Source: Acidobacteriota bacterium | GTDB taxonomy: Bacteria; Acidobacteriota; Blastocatellia; Pyrinomonadales; Pyrinomonadaceae | Direction of reading: 5' to 3' | Length of the DNA: 53,580 bases | Assembly: GCA_040006435.1 (NCBI GenBank) | Contig: JBDTWZ010000001.1 | Location: 1 to 53,580, forward strand | Shown: positions 8,944 to 18,255 of the stretch, in pieces | Layout: each line of letters starts with the position of its first letter | Numbering within the stretch: the stretch's first letter is position 1 | Program-made: the position numbers and the translations under genes | Notes under the pieces: generated by a model | Seen by the model: only the letters and a program-made list of their open reading frames with translations | What the model was told of the DNA's origin: nothing | Database searches by the model: none

Positions 8944-9609
8944 ATGATCCAACTGAACTCAGTCACAAAAACCGTCCGCTCGGGGACGGAAAATCTCACT
9001 ATCTTGTCCGACGTTTCGCTCGACATTCCCGGAGGGCAGTTTGTCGCATTGACCGGGGCGTCCGGCAGCGGCAAATCGACTCTGCTCGGTTTGATCGCCG
9101 GTCTGGATGCACCAAGTTCCGGAACGATCCTGATCGACGGTGACGACATAACAAGTATAAGCGAGGACGGTCTGGCAGAGATCCGAAGCGCAAAGATCGG
9201 GTTCGTATTCCAGTCGTTTCATCTGATCCCCAGTCTTACGGCGCTGGAGAACGTTCTTATTCCAATGGAGATCAGGGGGCTCAGCGACGCCGGTGATCGG
9301 GCGTCCGAGCTTTTGCGAGATGTTGACCTGACCGATCGGGGCCATCATTATCCGGCGGAGCTTTCGGGCGGCGAGCAACAGCGTGTCGCGATAGCTCGTG
9401 CATTTGCGAACCGGCCAAAGATCCTTCTCGCGGACGAACCGACCGGTAATCTCGATTCGAAAAACGGCCGGCACATTTTTGAGTTAATGACCCAGCTTCA
9501 TACGGAGCGGGCCGTGACACTTGTTCTCGTAACGCACGATCACGGGTTGGCGGCTGAGGCACAGCGTCAGATCGTTTTGAAAGACGGACGGGTGATTAGC
9601 GATGAGTGA
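8944..9609 (+). CDS. ybbA: ABC transporter ATP-binding protein (LolD/YbbA-like)
   Basis: Walker [10 protein letters not shown], signature LSGGEQQR, Walker [10 protein letters not shown]. Symbol assigned by synteny with tesA and the FtsX permease. Confidence 0.85.
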   Translation: MIQLNSVTKTVRSGTENLTILSDVSLDIPGGQFVALTGASGSGKSTLLGLIAGLDAPSSGTILIDGDDITSISEDGLAEIRSAKIGFVFQSFHLIPSLTALENVLIPMEIRGLSDAGDRASELLRDVDLTDRGHHYPAELSGGEQQRVAIARAFANRPKILLADEPTGNLDSKNGRHIFELMTQLHTERAVTLVLVTHDHGLAAEAQRQIVLKDGRVISDE

Positions 9610-9690
9610 CGAGGTATGAGCGTCGTCGCGAGAATCGCCGCCGGTCAAACTCTTTTCACTTTTCACTTTTCACTCGTCACTCATCACTCG
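9599..9690 (+). repeat. heptamer-periodic GTGA/TCAC hairpin element (copy 2), spanning the ybbA stop and ending 7 nt before the ybbP ATG
   Basis: Perfect 13-bp inverted repeat GATGAGTGACGAG (9601-9613) / CTCGTCACTCATC (9673-9685). Core CCGGTCAAA. Tandem 7-mers ACTTTTC ACTTTTC ACTCGTC ACTCATC ACTCG (9658-9690). Confidence 0.8.
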
Positions 9691-9697
9691 CTTTATT

Positions 9698-12223
9698 ATG
9701 CGCTTCATCCTCAACCTAACTCGCCGCGAAATCCGCTCATCATGGCGCCGACTGTTATTTTTCTTCCTGTGCATTGCACTCGGTGTCGGTTCCGTCGTCG
9801 CGTTGAGATCGTTGATCCAGAATCTAACCCGCGCCGTCGGAACGGACGCCCGTGCTCTCATGACGGCTGACATCGATATCAGCTCGACAAATAATTTCAC
9901 ACCAACCGAGATTTCGAAGATAGAGACCGCGGTAACAGAATCGGGGATCGTCGATGGCCGAAACGAAACCATCACGACATCGTCGATGGTCCGGCCTTCG
10001 GACCCCGCCAACTCAAACGTAAAACTTGTCGAGCTCAAGGGAATCGAACCGCCGTTCCCGCTGGTTGGCAGTTTTGAGCTCGACGACGGAACGCCCTTTG
10101 ATTTTTCATTGCTTGAAGACAACGGAGTGATCCTCGCGAAAATTCTGCTCGAGGATCTGAATGTAAAAGTGGGTGACCGGATCCGCATTGGAGAAGGTGA
10201 ATTTCAGATACGAGGGATATTCGACCAGGAGCCGGGCGGCACGAGCGGATTTCGCCTGGGAGGCCGCGTCTTTATCGAGAAGAAAGCCTTCGATGACGCG
10301 GGCATCACGAGAAACGCCAGCCGCGTGCGCCGCCGTATCTTGTATCGCTTGACCGACAATCCGACCGAGCTTGTTCGCCAGCTTCGCGAAGCCTTGAAGG
10401 GAACGACCGTAACAGTTGGGTCGTACCGCGAGACCCAGGAAAATCTGAGCGAACAATTTGAGAGGACGGAAAATTACCTTTCGCTGACCGGGCTGCTGAT
10501 CCTCGTCCTTGGCGGCGTCGGGGTATGGAACGTTGCTCGAGCGTTCGTTGAGCAAAAAAGAAAGTCCGTTGCAGTTCTGAAGTGTCTCGGTGCCGGCGGT
10601 GGGCGGATCATTACCGTTTATCTGTTGCAGATCCTCACTCTCGGCTTTGTCGGAAGCATATTCGGAGTTCTTTTTGCACAGCTCGCGTTGCTGTTCGTCC
10701 GATGGCGTTTTGTCGAGGCACTTCCGGAAAAGATGACTTATGCCATCAACCTCTCTACGGTGATTCAAGGCGTCACGCTTGGCGTACTGATCTCGCTGCT
10801 GTTCTCTGCTTTGCCTCTCCTGCAAGTTCGAAACATAAAACCGAAGCTTCTGCTTCGCGATGAAAACAACTCCTCCATCCGACGGCTCGACTTCACGAAA
10901 TGGCTCTTTGGCGCGGTCTCCCTGCTCGGGCTTCTTGGGGTGGCGGTTTGGCAGGCAGGCTCGGTGAAAGTCGGCGCGTTTTTCCTGGGTGGCCTGGCCG
11001 CTACCTCCGCCGTTCTCTATTTGACCGCTTTAGTCCTGACATGGCTGCTTCGCCGATTTCGTCGCGTCGGTCCGTTCGCCTTGTCGCAGGCCGTAAACTC
11101 GCTCTACCGGCCGGGCAACCAAACCCGCACGATCCTGCTCGCTGTCGGGCTCGGAGCATTCGTCGTCCTCGCGGTCCAGTCGCTGCAGGCAAACCTCGTC
11201 AGAGAATTCGACTTCACAAGAAACCGACATCTGCCAAGCTTATTCTTTGTCGATATTCAGAAAAGCCAGATCGAAGCTCTTGCTCAGCTTATCCAGTCAC
11301 ATATCGGCGAGAAGCCCGAAACCATCCCGACCATCCGGGCGCGGATTTCGCACGTAAACGGCGAGCCATTCGACTTTGCTCAGCGCGAAACGCGTCAGCA
11401 GCAAGGCCAGATCGGGCGCGAGTTTGCCGTAACCTATCGCGCCGAGATGGACACGAATGAGAGCGTTCTCAGCGGCAAATGGTGGAATGCGGATCCGGAT
11501 AATGTACCCGAAGTTTCGGTCGAAGAAGAGATGGCTGGCCGGTTAAAGGTCTCGCCGGGCGACTCGATGACGTTCGACATTTCCGGCCGCCGGGTCACAG
11601 CGCGGGTTGCGAACATCAGGAAGTTGGATCTGCGCAATACACGAACGGCGTTTGTCTTTGTCTTTCGTCCCGGCGCTCTGGAAAAAGCACCGCAGACATT
11701 TGCCGCGACAATACTCAAACGCTCGTCAGCGACCGACCGCCAGCGGCTTCAGCGCGATGTACTCGAAGCATATCCGAACGTGCAGATCTTCGACGTGGCA
11801 GATATCGTCGCGACCGTACAAAAGCTCGTCGGCAACTTTGTGCTTGCGATATCTTTTGTTGGCAGCTTTGTGATCTTGAGTGGGATCTTGATCCTCATCG
11901 GGTCGGTCGCACTCACGAAATCCCAGCGGATCTACGAGAACGCAATATTGAAAACACTCGGAGCAAAGCGTCCCACTTTGACGGCGATCCTTTTCGCTGA
12001 ATACGGGCTGCTAGGATTGCTCTCCGGACTGATCGGCGCCGGTTTCGCGACGGTCCTTTCCTACACCGTAAGCCGTTATCTCTTACAGATCGATTGGGAA
12101 TTCGACCCGTTCCTGGCCGTAGGCGGGGTACTCGTGACGCTAGTGATAGTGATGCTGGTCGGCGCTGCGGCGAACTTTGACGTGCTCTTCAGAAAGCCCC
12201 TTTCCACCCTGCGATCGCAGTGA
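9698..12223 (+). CDS. ybbP: ABC transporter permease, FtsX family (YbbP-like, duplicated FtsX domains)
   Basis: 841 aa with two blocks of hydrophobic helices separated by large soluble loops. Lies immediately downstream of the ATPase. Confidence 0.85.
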   Translation: MRFILNLTRREIRSSWRRLLFFFLCIALGVGSVVALRSLIQNLTRAVGTDARALMTADIDISSTNNFTPTEISKIETAVTESGIVDGRNETITTSSMVRPSDPANSNVKLVELKGIEPPFPLVGSFELDDGTPFDFSLLEDNGVILAKILLEDLNVKVGDRIRIGEGEFQIRGIFDQEPGGTSGFRLGGRVFIEKKAFDDAGITRNASRVRRRILYRLTDNPTELVRQLREALKGTTVTVGSYRETQENLSEQFERTENYLSLTGLLILVLGGVGVWNVARAFVEQKRKSVAVLKCLGAGGGRIITVYLLQILTLGFVGSIFGVLFAQLALLFVRWRFVEALPEKMTYAINLSTVIQGVTLGVLISLLFSALPLLQVRNIKPKLLLRDENNSSIRRLDFTKWLFGAVSLLGLLGVAVWQAGSVKVGAFFLGGLAATSAVLYLTALVLTWLLRRFRRVGPFALSQAVNSLYRPGNQTRTILLAVGLGAFVVLAVQSLQANLVREFDFTRNRHLPSLFFVDIQKSQIEALAQLIQSHIGEKPETIPTIRARISHVNGEPFDFAQRETRQQQGQIGREFAVTYRAEMDTNESVLSGKWWNADPDNVPEVSVEEEMAGRLKVSPGDSMTFDISGRRVTARVANIRKLDLRNTRTAFVFVFRPGALEKAPQTFAATILKRSSATDRQRLQRDVLEAYPNVQIFDVADIVATVQKLVGNFVLAISFVGSFVILSGILILIGSVALTKSQRIYENAILKTLGAKRPTLTAILFAEYGLLGLLSGLIGAGFATVLSYTVSRYLLQIDWEFDPFLAVGGVLVTLVIVMLVGAAANFDVLFRKPLSTLRSQ

Positions 12224-12225
12224 CG

Positions 12226-13581
12226 CTATTTCGCCTGCGGATCGAACGGATAGGCAGCCAGAACCGTTCGCAAATTTACCTGAGCAAGAAGTGTTTCTAT
12301 GTAGGCGCCGAACCGATGAAGGATCGGAACGATATCTTTTTTCTCTGAGGTCGCGAAGATCTCTTCTGCAAATCGCTCGATAGTTTCGCGGTCTTTGTGA
12401 AAAAGAAACGACAGCGTCCGTTCGAGGAACTCATGTAACTCGCTATTGACCGCTTCGAGCAGTTTCTTGTCCGGGTTCTGCTCGGCTGCCTGCACAACCT
12501 GCAAGGCCTTCCACAGGTTCTGACGCAACGCCAGCGATTGTTCGAGCTTCGTTTGGAAATTGGGAAAAAGATCCGACGGAAGTATCTGCGGATCGACCGC
12601 ACCGGCAAAGCCCGCCAGGATCTGACGGAAACTGTCGCTCAAGAGTTCGAGCGCGGTTTCGACCCGGGCGAATACGGATGGAACCGGACGGATGCCGACA
12701 AGCCCGGTCAGTTCCCGCGAAAATACTTTCTTCAACTCGAGGGCCGCGGTGTACGAAGCTCCGTCCAGGGAATCGAACATCGTGGCTTCTTCATTCGGAA
12801 ACCGAGAGAGCCGGTTGTTCATGTGAACGATCAGATCGAAAGTCAGCTCATAAACACGCGCGAAAATTATTAGAGACGGCTTTAATGGTTCATCGTGACG
12901 GAGCATTTTTCCGACCACACCCAATGAGCCGAGTATCGTTCCGAACTGGGGAAGAATGACCCGAAGATCGACTTCGTCCGCAAAGGGGATCGACTTCCCT
13001 GTAACAAGGCTCTTGAGCTTGTCGGGAAGAAAAGATTCGCCTGCTGAATGTGTCCGCGAAATAAGTTTTCGAAAGACATGTGACGACTCGAGCTTATCGA
13101 TCAGAGTCGAGCTCCACGCCCTCCAGTCAGCGAAATTTAGGCTCTTGTTGGCGGCGAGAACGCTTTCGTTCAGGACGATCGAATCACGAAGAACCAGCGC
13201 GAACTGATCCAATTCCGCAGTCGTGATCGACCCACCTGCCGATTGATCGCCGTCCGATGGCAGCGGTCCGGCGACCGCCTTTCGGAGCCTGAAGTTTAAC
13301 TTGGACGAATTGAGCAATGCCGCCCGGGTAAGGCGGCATTCACGTGCCCAGTTTCCCGCAGCGTCGGTCGGCCGGTTCTTGTCGGAAAAAACTTGATCAC
13401 CACGATATAAGAAGCTCTCGAGGCCAGCCAACCAGACGCCGAGCTCAAATGAAAGTTCATCCGGGTCGAAAACCGCGATGATCGCGGAGTCTTTGAATTC
13501 TTCTCGACTGTCGGAAAACAAGGTTGCAGGGTTGAAGAGAGGTGTTTGAGTAGAAGCTAATTCCAACTGAGATTTCCTCAC
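12226..13581 (-). CDS. hypothetical protein (helical, no recognisable motif)
   Basis: 451-aa ORF convergent with ybbP (2-nt gap). Composition is coding-like, and only shadow ORFs compete with it. Confidence 0.6.
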   Translation of the reverse strand: MRKSQLELASTQTPLFNPATLFSDSREEFKDSAIIAVFDPDELSFELGVWLAGLESFLYRGDQVFSDKNRPTDAAGNWARECRLTRAALLNSSKLNFRLRKAVAGPLPSDGDQSAGGSITTAELDQFALVLRDSIVLNESVLAANKSLNFADWRAWSSTLIDKLESSHVFRKLISRTHSAGESFLPDKLKSLVTGKSIPFADEVDLRVILPQFGTILGSLGVVGKMLRHDEPLKPSLIIFARVYELTFDLIVHMNNRLSRFPNEEATMFDSLDGASYTAALELKKVFSRELTGLVGIRPVPSVFARVETALELLSDSFRQILAGFAGAVDPQILPSDLFPNFQTKLEQSLALRQNLWKALQVVQAAEQNPDKKLLEAVNSELHEFLERTLSFLFHKDRETIERFAEEIFATSEKKDIVPILHRFGAYIETLLAQVNLRTVLAAYPFDPQAK

Positions 13582-13695
13582 TATTAGTTGAAGACTCGAG
13601 GCGGGCAGCGAACAACATCGCCATTTATTTTATACAATTAAACCCGGCGTCTTGGCAACAAAAACTTTGCCTGTCAGGCTTTAACGCCCCTGATC

Positions 13696-14310
13696 ATGAA
13701 TATTCCGCAGAAGAGCTTGGTACTGGCAACCGGAAACGCGGGAAAGATCCGTGAGCTGACTGAATTGTTTCGCGATCTGCCCTTTGAAGTGAAGACCCTT
13801 CGCGACTTCGAACCCACAACCGATGTCGACGAAACCGGCTCCACATTCCTCGAGAACGCCGAACTAAAGGCCAGCGGAATTGCACGTCAGACAAATCATT
13901 TATCACTTGCCGACGACTCGGGACTCGAAATCGAAGCTCTCGGAAACGCGCCCGGAGTGTATTCTGCCCGGTTCGGCGGCGAAGGAACTGGTTACGACGT
14001 GAAGATACCGAAGCTCTTGACCATGCTGGAAGAGGCATGGGCCGCGGGCCGACGGGCTCGTTTCGTCTGTGTTATGGCCCTCGCCGACAAGCACGGCCGG
14101 ATAATTTACGCCGCAGAAGGTATATGTAACGGTTCGATCGCCGACGCCCCGAGAGGCAAAAACGGTTTTGGATTTGACCCGATCTTTGTGCCAGACGGAT
14201 TCAGCCTAACGTTCGGCCAACTGCATGACGACGTCAAGAGATCGATAAGTCACCGAGCGAAAGCGGCTGAGCTTATTATTCGATATTTACTGGATTTTAT
14301 TGCGGTCTGA
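13696..14310 (+). CDS. rdgB: non-canonical purine NTP pyrophosphatase (RdgB/HAM1 family)
   Basis: N-terminal LATGNAGKIREL, plus SARF and FGFDPIF motifs typical of the family. Confidence 0.9.
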   Translation: MNIPQKSLVLATGNAGKIRELTELFRDLPFEVKTLRDFEPTTDVDETGSTFLENAELKASGIARQTNHLSLADDSGLEIEALGNAPGVYSARFGGEGTGYDVKIPKLLTMLEEAWAAGRRARFVCVMALADKHGRIIYAAEGICNGSIADAPRGKNGFGFDPIFVPDGFSLTFGQLHDDVKRSISHRAKAAELIIRYLLDFIAV

Positions 14311-14374
14311 CTTGACCAATCAATTTTTCGCCAGTAAAATTCGACACTTGATACCGTTTCTAGCTGAAACGTGA

Positions 14375-14451
14375 CGGGGCGTAGCACAGCCTGGTAGTGC
14401 GCACGGTTTGGGACCGTGAGGCCGCAAGTTCGAATCTTGCCGCCCCGACCA
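14375..14451 (+). tRNA. tRNA-Pro (anticodon TGG)
   Basis: Manual cloverleaf. Acceptor CGGGGCG/CGCCCCG, D stem GCAC/GTGC, anticodon stem CACGG/CCGTG with loop TTTGGGA, T arm GCAAG-TTCGAAT-CTTGC, discriminator A and encoded CCA. 77 nt. Confidence 0.93.
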
Positions 14452-14564
14452 TCACGCGGGTCGATCAACTGATCATTTCCATTCTGCTGCTGTTTCTTTG
14501 CAGACTTTTCTGTTCGCGAAAGAAGTATTTATAATCACAAATCACTCTGGAGGTTAATTAAAAT

Positions 14565-14849
14565 ATGGCTCGTATGACTCAATCGGAGATCGTCAATACA
14601 TTGGCGGATTCGTCGGGACTCAAAAAATCGGATGTTAAAGGCTTATTTGACACTATTGCCGACCTCGCGGCAAAGGAAGTTAGAGCAAACGGCGAATTTA
14701 CGCTGCCAGGATTTGGCAAGCTCGTAAAAGCAACGCGGAAGGCCCGCGAAGGCCGCAACCCTGCAACTGGGGCGGTGATACAAATCCCTGCCAAAACTAC
14801 GGTTAAGTTCCGTCTCGGCAAATCGATGAAAGACGCTGTAGGTAAATAA
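14565..14849 (+). CDS. hup: HU family DNA-binding protein
   Basis: 94 aa with the HU/IHF signature GFGKL...R.GRNP.TG..I.IPA. GGAGG lies upstream. Confidence 0.9.
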   Translation: MARMTQSEIVNTLADSSGLKKSDVKGLFDTIADLAAKEVRANGEFTLPGFGKLVKATRKAREGRNPATGAVIQIPAKTTVKFRLGKSMKDAVGK

Positions 14850-14874
14850 GACACAAAGAATTCGATTCGAATCC

Positions 14875-14905
14875 GACCGGCCAGCTCACACTCGCCGGTC
14901 TTTTC
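14875..14905 (+). terminator. rho-independent terminator of the HU gene
   Basis: Stem GACCGGC (14875-14881) / GCCGGTC (14894-14900) followed by TTTTC. Confidence 0.7.
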
Positions 14906-15136
14906 TTTACAAGCCGCCCGAAAAAACTTCGTGACAAATCTGCGTTTTGTCTGTTAAAATTTCCTTACAAAGTTGGTTAGCGTTCGGAATCCCTCATTAT
15001 TTGCAACGTTGAAATCGCTTTTTTCAACTAAACACCGTCGGAGATATGCAGATTTTACGGCATGTTTCAGGGATTCGGCCGTGTCAGCTGAAGTGATATT
15101 TATTAGGGGTAATTTATCGAGTAAGGAGAGTATAAA

Positions 15137-15385
15137 GTGGCAGCAGCTAAACTTATGACATTGCAGGACCGGATCCTGCAAATCGATCACATCCAGGCGC
15201 GCCGGTATTCGAAATTGACGGAGGATGCGATTGAGATCGCAACCCAGGGAATCATCCGGCACCTTCGTGCATGCGCACGTATGGAAGTTAATCCGGACGC
15301 TTCGGCAGTTCGCGAGATCATCGACGACGCTTTGAACGGCAGGCGTGTTTTCGCTGAAACGTCGAACGATCTTTTAGCCGCTTAA
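15137..15385 (+). CDS. small hypothetical protein
   Basis: GTG start 7 nt after AAGGAGAG, 82 codons, followed by a strong terminator. The overlapping antisense ORF 14954..15262 is rejected. Confidence 0.6.
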   Translation: MAAAKLMTLQDRILQIDHIQARRYSKLTEDAIEIATQGIIRHLRACARMEVNPDASAVREIIDDALNGRRVFAETSNDLLAA

Positions 15386-15416
15386 GAAGTATTTATATTT
15401 ACTTAGCAATACATAT

Positions 15417-15442
15417 GACCGCCTTCCGAGGCGGTCTTTTTT
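15417..15442 (+). terminator. rho-independent terminator
   Basis: GACCGCCT-TCCG-AGGCGGTC followed by TTTTTT. Confidence 0.8.
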
Positions 15443-15530
15443 GCGCCCGTAAAACGGGTGAGGTCGCGTTAGCCGGACGATTAGGGTCAGGGTGATCTCT
15501 AGCGATCTGGTAAAGAATCGATTTATAGGA

Positions 15531-17408
15531 CTATTCCGCTCGAAGGATTAGTTTGTAGATCGTGTACATGCCCACGACCTCGCCGCCATCCCGTACGTAC
15601 CATTTATCGAGATTGCTGAGATCGGTGTCCGCATCGTTCCTTACCACGGCGTAGGACAGCATGGGGTTTGCGGCGTTGACGGCGTTGAATGCGGACCTAT
15701 AGGCGGCGTAGCGCTCGACCTCAGAGTCGATCTCACCATAGGTCAGCGGCGTTGCTTCGCTGCTCAGACGATCGGTGTGTCTTCCCCAACCAAAGAGCGC
15801 GATCTTCGTGACGAAGTCATTTTTCAAAAGATAATCCAGAACCTCTTCATCGACATTTGAGTAATAAAGATATTGAAAGTAACGGTCCTTATTTTCCTGC
15901 CAGGACATCCCGGCAAATACATGCTGATGACGCGACCACAGAACGTTCTGCGGCGCGATGCTCGGCAAATCGTCCGACTGGATCATGTCGTACGCCAGCA
16001 CGGTGGAGCGATACGGATCGACATCCTCTAGTGACAACTCTTCGAGTCGTTTCGCGACTGGCAGCGCAATATCGCGCTCGACGTTCGCACCGTCCAGGAC
16101 GCGCACCGTGTAATGGCACTCGACAAATCCCCAGAGGATCGCGACGATGGCAAGCGATGCGCAGGCTAGTTTCGCCCGGGCACTTTCTATACTCAACCAT
16201 TGGCGAAGCAAAACTCCGATGGTCACGATCAGAGCGAGTGCCGCAACATAATTCCCGATGAACACCTGATAATGGATCGGCTGCAGCGAACGTCCAGTGA
16301 CGATCTGCTGATTGAAGATAATAAAAGGAACAAGAGCCAGCGAGAGTGCGAATAGAGTCGACCTGTCGCCCGGAGCGATCATCCTTTTCGTGACGCCGAC
16401 AGCAAGCAACAGCAGACATATCAAGCTTACATATTCGGGCATCCGCCACAGGTCCGGCACCCGCGTGTAAACCAAGAGTTGGACGTCGTCCATCGTCTCG
16501 GACCGTTTCGAAAGCAGCCAGGCGTACGGAATGACGGCGAGTGCACAGCCGACCCCGACGGCGATAAGGTTCTTTATATCCCGCCCAAAACTTTCCGGCC
16601 GAAATACAAGCCAGACAACGAAAAGACATCCGAGCCAGGCGGCCGCAGTCGTCCAGATGTAGAAATAAGAGAAGACGGTGTAGGCGAAGAGAAAGATCGC
16701 GGCGGTGAGAAATAAATAGCGCTGGAGAGCGGAACCGGTAGCGACCGGTTTTCCCGGTGATGGATCGATCGCCTTGACGGGCGACCCGGTCGCTACCGCT
16801 CCCGGTTCTGACTTCCGTTCTTCAACAAGGCGCCAGACCACCGCAAACAAACCGAACACTGCGGCCATTGCCATCGCCGGAATATATCGGCGAAATCCGG
16901 GAAAGTACGGATAAGAGAATCCATCGAAGAATATCTCGGGCATCGCACCTTCGCCCGCGGCCAGGGCTCCGCCTGCGAATACGACAAGCGAACCGGCCAT
17001 TCCGAACCAACTGCTCCCGGTGATCCGCGCGATCAGCCAAAACGCAGCAAGCGCCGCCAGAAAGCCCGCGGCGGCTCCGGACAAGGTCATCGCCCACGGC
17101 GTTCCGACACCAAGGATCCGCGCAGGGATCGCGATCGAGTATGGCGCGGCGAATTGGATGGAAAAAAGTGATTCGGGCTGCGGCGTCAAAGGCGATTCGT
17201 CGCGACCCGAATAAGGATCATTCTTCCGCGGACGGCCGTCGATCAACGCACGAACGTAAGAGGCATAAGCAACTTCGTCGATGTCGTTGTATGCGTAGTG
17301 CCCGTTCCACTCCGACCCGCGCAGATAGAACATGTTCAACTGCGGGTAGAGGCAAAAAATTGCAAGGAATACAGCGGCGACAATGCCGAAGCGCCAGCGA
17401 AGCTTCAT
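15531..17408 (-). CDS. large polytopic membrane protein of unknown function carrying an in-frame palindromic repeat
   Basis: 625 aa with at least 10 hydrophobic segments and a soluble C-terminal domain. No catalytic motif recognised. Confidence 0.75.
   Translation of the reverse strand: MKLRWRFGIVAAVFLAIFCLYPQLNMFYLRGSEWNGHYAYNDIDEVAYASYVRALIDGRPRKNDPYSGRDESPLTPQPESLFSIQFAAPYSIAIPARILGVGTPWAMTLSGAAAGFLAALAAFWLIARITGSSWFGMAGSLVVFAGGALAAGEGAMPEIFFDGFSYPYFPGFRRYIPAMAMAAVFGLFAVVWRLVEERKSEPGAVATGSPVKAIDPSPGKPVATGSALQRYLFLTAAIFLFAYTVFSYFYIWTTAAAWLGCLFVVWLVFRPESFGRDIKNLIAVGVGCALAVIPYAWLLSKRSETMDDVQLLVYTRVPDLWRMPEYVSLICLLLLAVGVTKRMIAPGDRSTLFALSLALVPFIIFNQQIVTGRSLQPIHYQVFIGNYVAALALIVTIGVLLRQWLSIESARAKLACASLAIVAILWGFVECHYTVRVLDGANVERDIALPVAKRLEELSLEDVDPYRSTVLAYDMIQSDDLPSIAPQNVLWSRHQHVFAGMSWQENKDRYFQYLYYSNVDEEVLDYLLKNDFVTKIALFGWGRHTDRLSSEATPLTYGEIDSEVERYAAYRSAFNAVNAANPMLSYAVVRNDADTDLSNLDKWYVRDGGEVVGMYTIYKLILRAE
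16729..16812. repeat. palindromic GTAGCGACC-type element inside the membrane-protein gene
   Basis: Perfect 12-bp inverted repeat GGTAGCGACCGG (16737-16748) / CCGGTCGCTACC (16786-16797) around an ATCGAT centre. The right half (16778-16812) is 33/35 identical to 20597-20631. Confidence 0.85.
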
Positions 17409-17470
17409 AAGATGAAAACCCTAAAGTAGCACATCACTCGAAGCTTGTCCCTCGTGTTAAAATCGACAGC

Positions 17471-18181
17471 ATGAAAACTTATTTCGCGTCCTGTCGTCTG
17501 GTGGCGCTCGTAGGGTGTCTGACCATAGTTCTGTGCCTCGGACTGGATCTCAAGACACACGCGCAGGATACGGAACCTAGACTTCTATCACAGCCGGGAT
17601 TTGTTCTGTCGGAAAAAGCCGTTGCAGCCGGCATCGACGGTGTATTCAACGTATCCCTCTCGATAGACAAGACTGGTAAGGTGAAAACGGTAACTCTTCA
17701 TGGCGGTCCCGCGTGGCCATGCAACACCTCACCATGGTCCGAGATCGAATCGGTACGTGACGCAGTGAAAAAACATCTCATGTCGATAGTCTTCGCACCT
17801 GCGACAAAGAACGGAAAACCGTATGACGTGGATGTAAGGCTGGACTTTGCTATCGGCGAAGCGTATAAGCGTGCGGTAGCGATCGAAGAGGCTGAAAAGG
17901 CTGCCGCCGCGGGAAAGCTGATCGTCGTCAAAGCCGGAGTGGTCAATGGAAAAGCGATTCGCTTAACGAAACCTCGGTACGCGGGCATTCGGGGCGTGGT
18001 GACGATTCAGGTTTTGATAGATGAAAGGGGGAACATTGCGAACGCAGGGGGAATGAGCGGGCATCCATTTCTAGTAAAGAGCGCTCGTGAAGCCGCTTGC
18101 GAATCTAAGTTTTCACCCACGATCATAGAAGGCAAGCCGGTTAAAGTTACCGGGATTATCACGTACAACTATGTTCCTTAG
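17471..18181 (+). CDS. secreted protein with two TonB-C-like domains
   Basis: Signal peptide. The C-terminal module GIRGVVTIQVLIDERGNI...GHPFL..SAREAA..SKF.P....GKPVKV matches the TonB C-terminal fold signature. An N-terminal degenerate copy is present. Confidence 0.7.
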   Translation: MKTYFASCRLVALVGCLTIVLCLGLDLKTHAQDTEPRLLSQPGFVLSEKAVAAGIDGVFNVSLSIDKTGKVKTVTLHGGPAWPCNTSPWSEIESVRDAVKKHLMSIVFAPATKNGKPYDVDVRLDFAIGEAYKRAVAIEEAEKAAAAGKLIVVKAGVVNGKAIRLTKPRYAGIRGVVTIQVLIDERGNIANAGGMSGHPFLVKSAREAACESKFSPTIIEGKPVKVTGIITYNYVP

Positions 18182-18255
18182 CAGCTTGTTCTAAGCTTGG
18201 AAACTTAGGTCGTCGCCGCTAACATTCGTTCCACCATCTAATAGGGAGAGATACT

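Noticed and set aside
9616-9870. 84-aa ORF beginning in the ybbA-ybbP spacer (FTFHFSLVTHHS...)
   Set aside because: The N-terminus is the translated heptamer repeat. The rest is out of frame within the ybbP gene.
14250-14468. 72-aa ORF on the minus strand
   Set aside because: It lies antisense to, and fully covers, the tRNA-Pro gene.
14954-15262. 102-aa minus-strand ORF in the AT-rich region after the HU gene
   Set aside because: It overlaps the plus-strand small ORF 15137..15385, which has a strong RBS and terminator. This ORF has neither.
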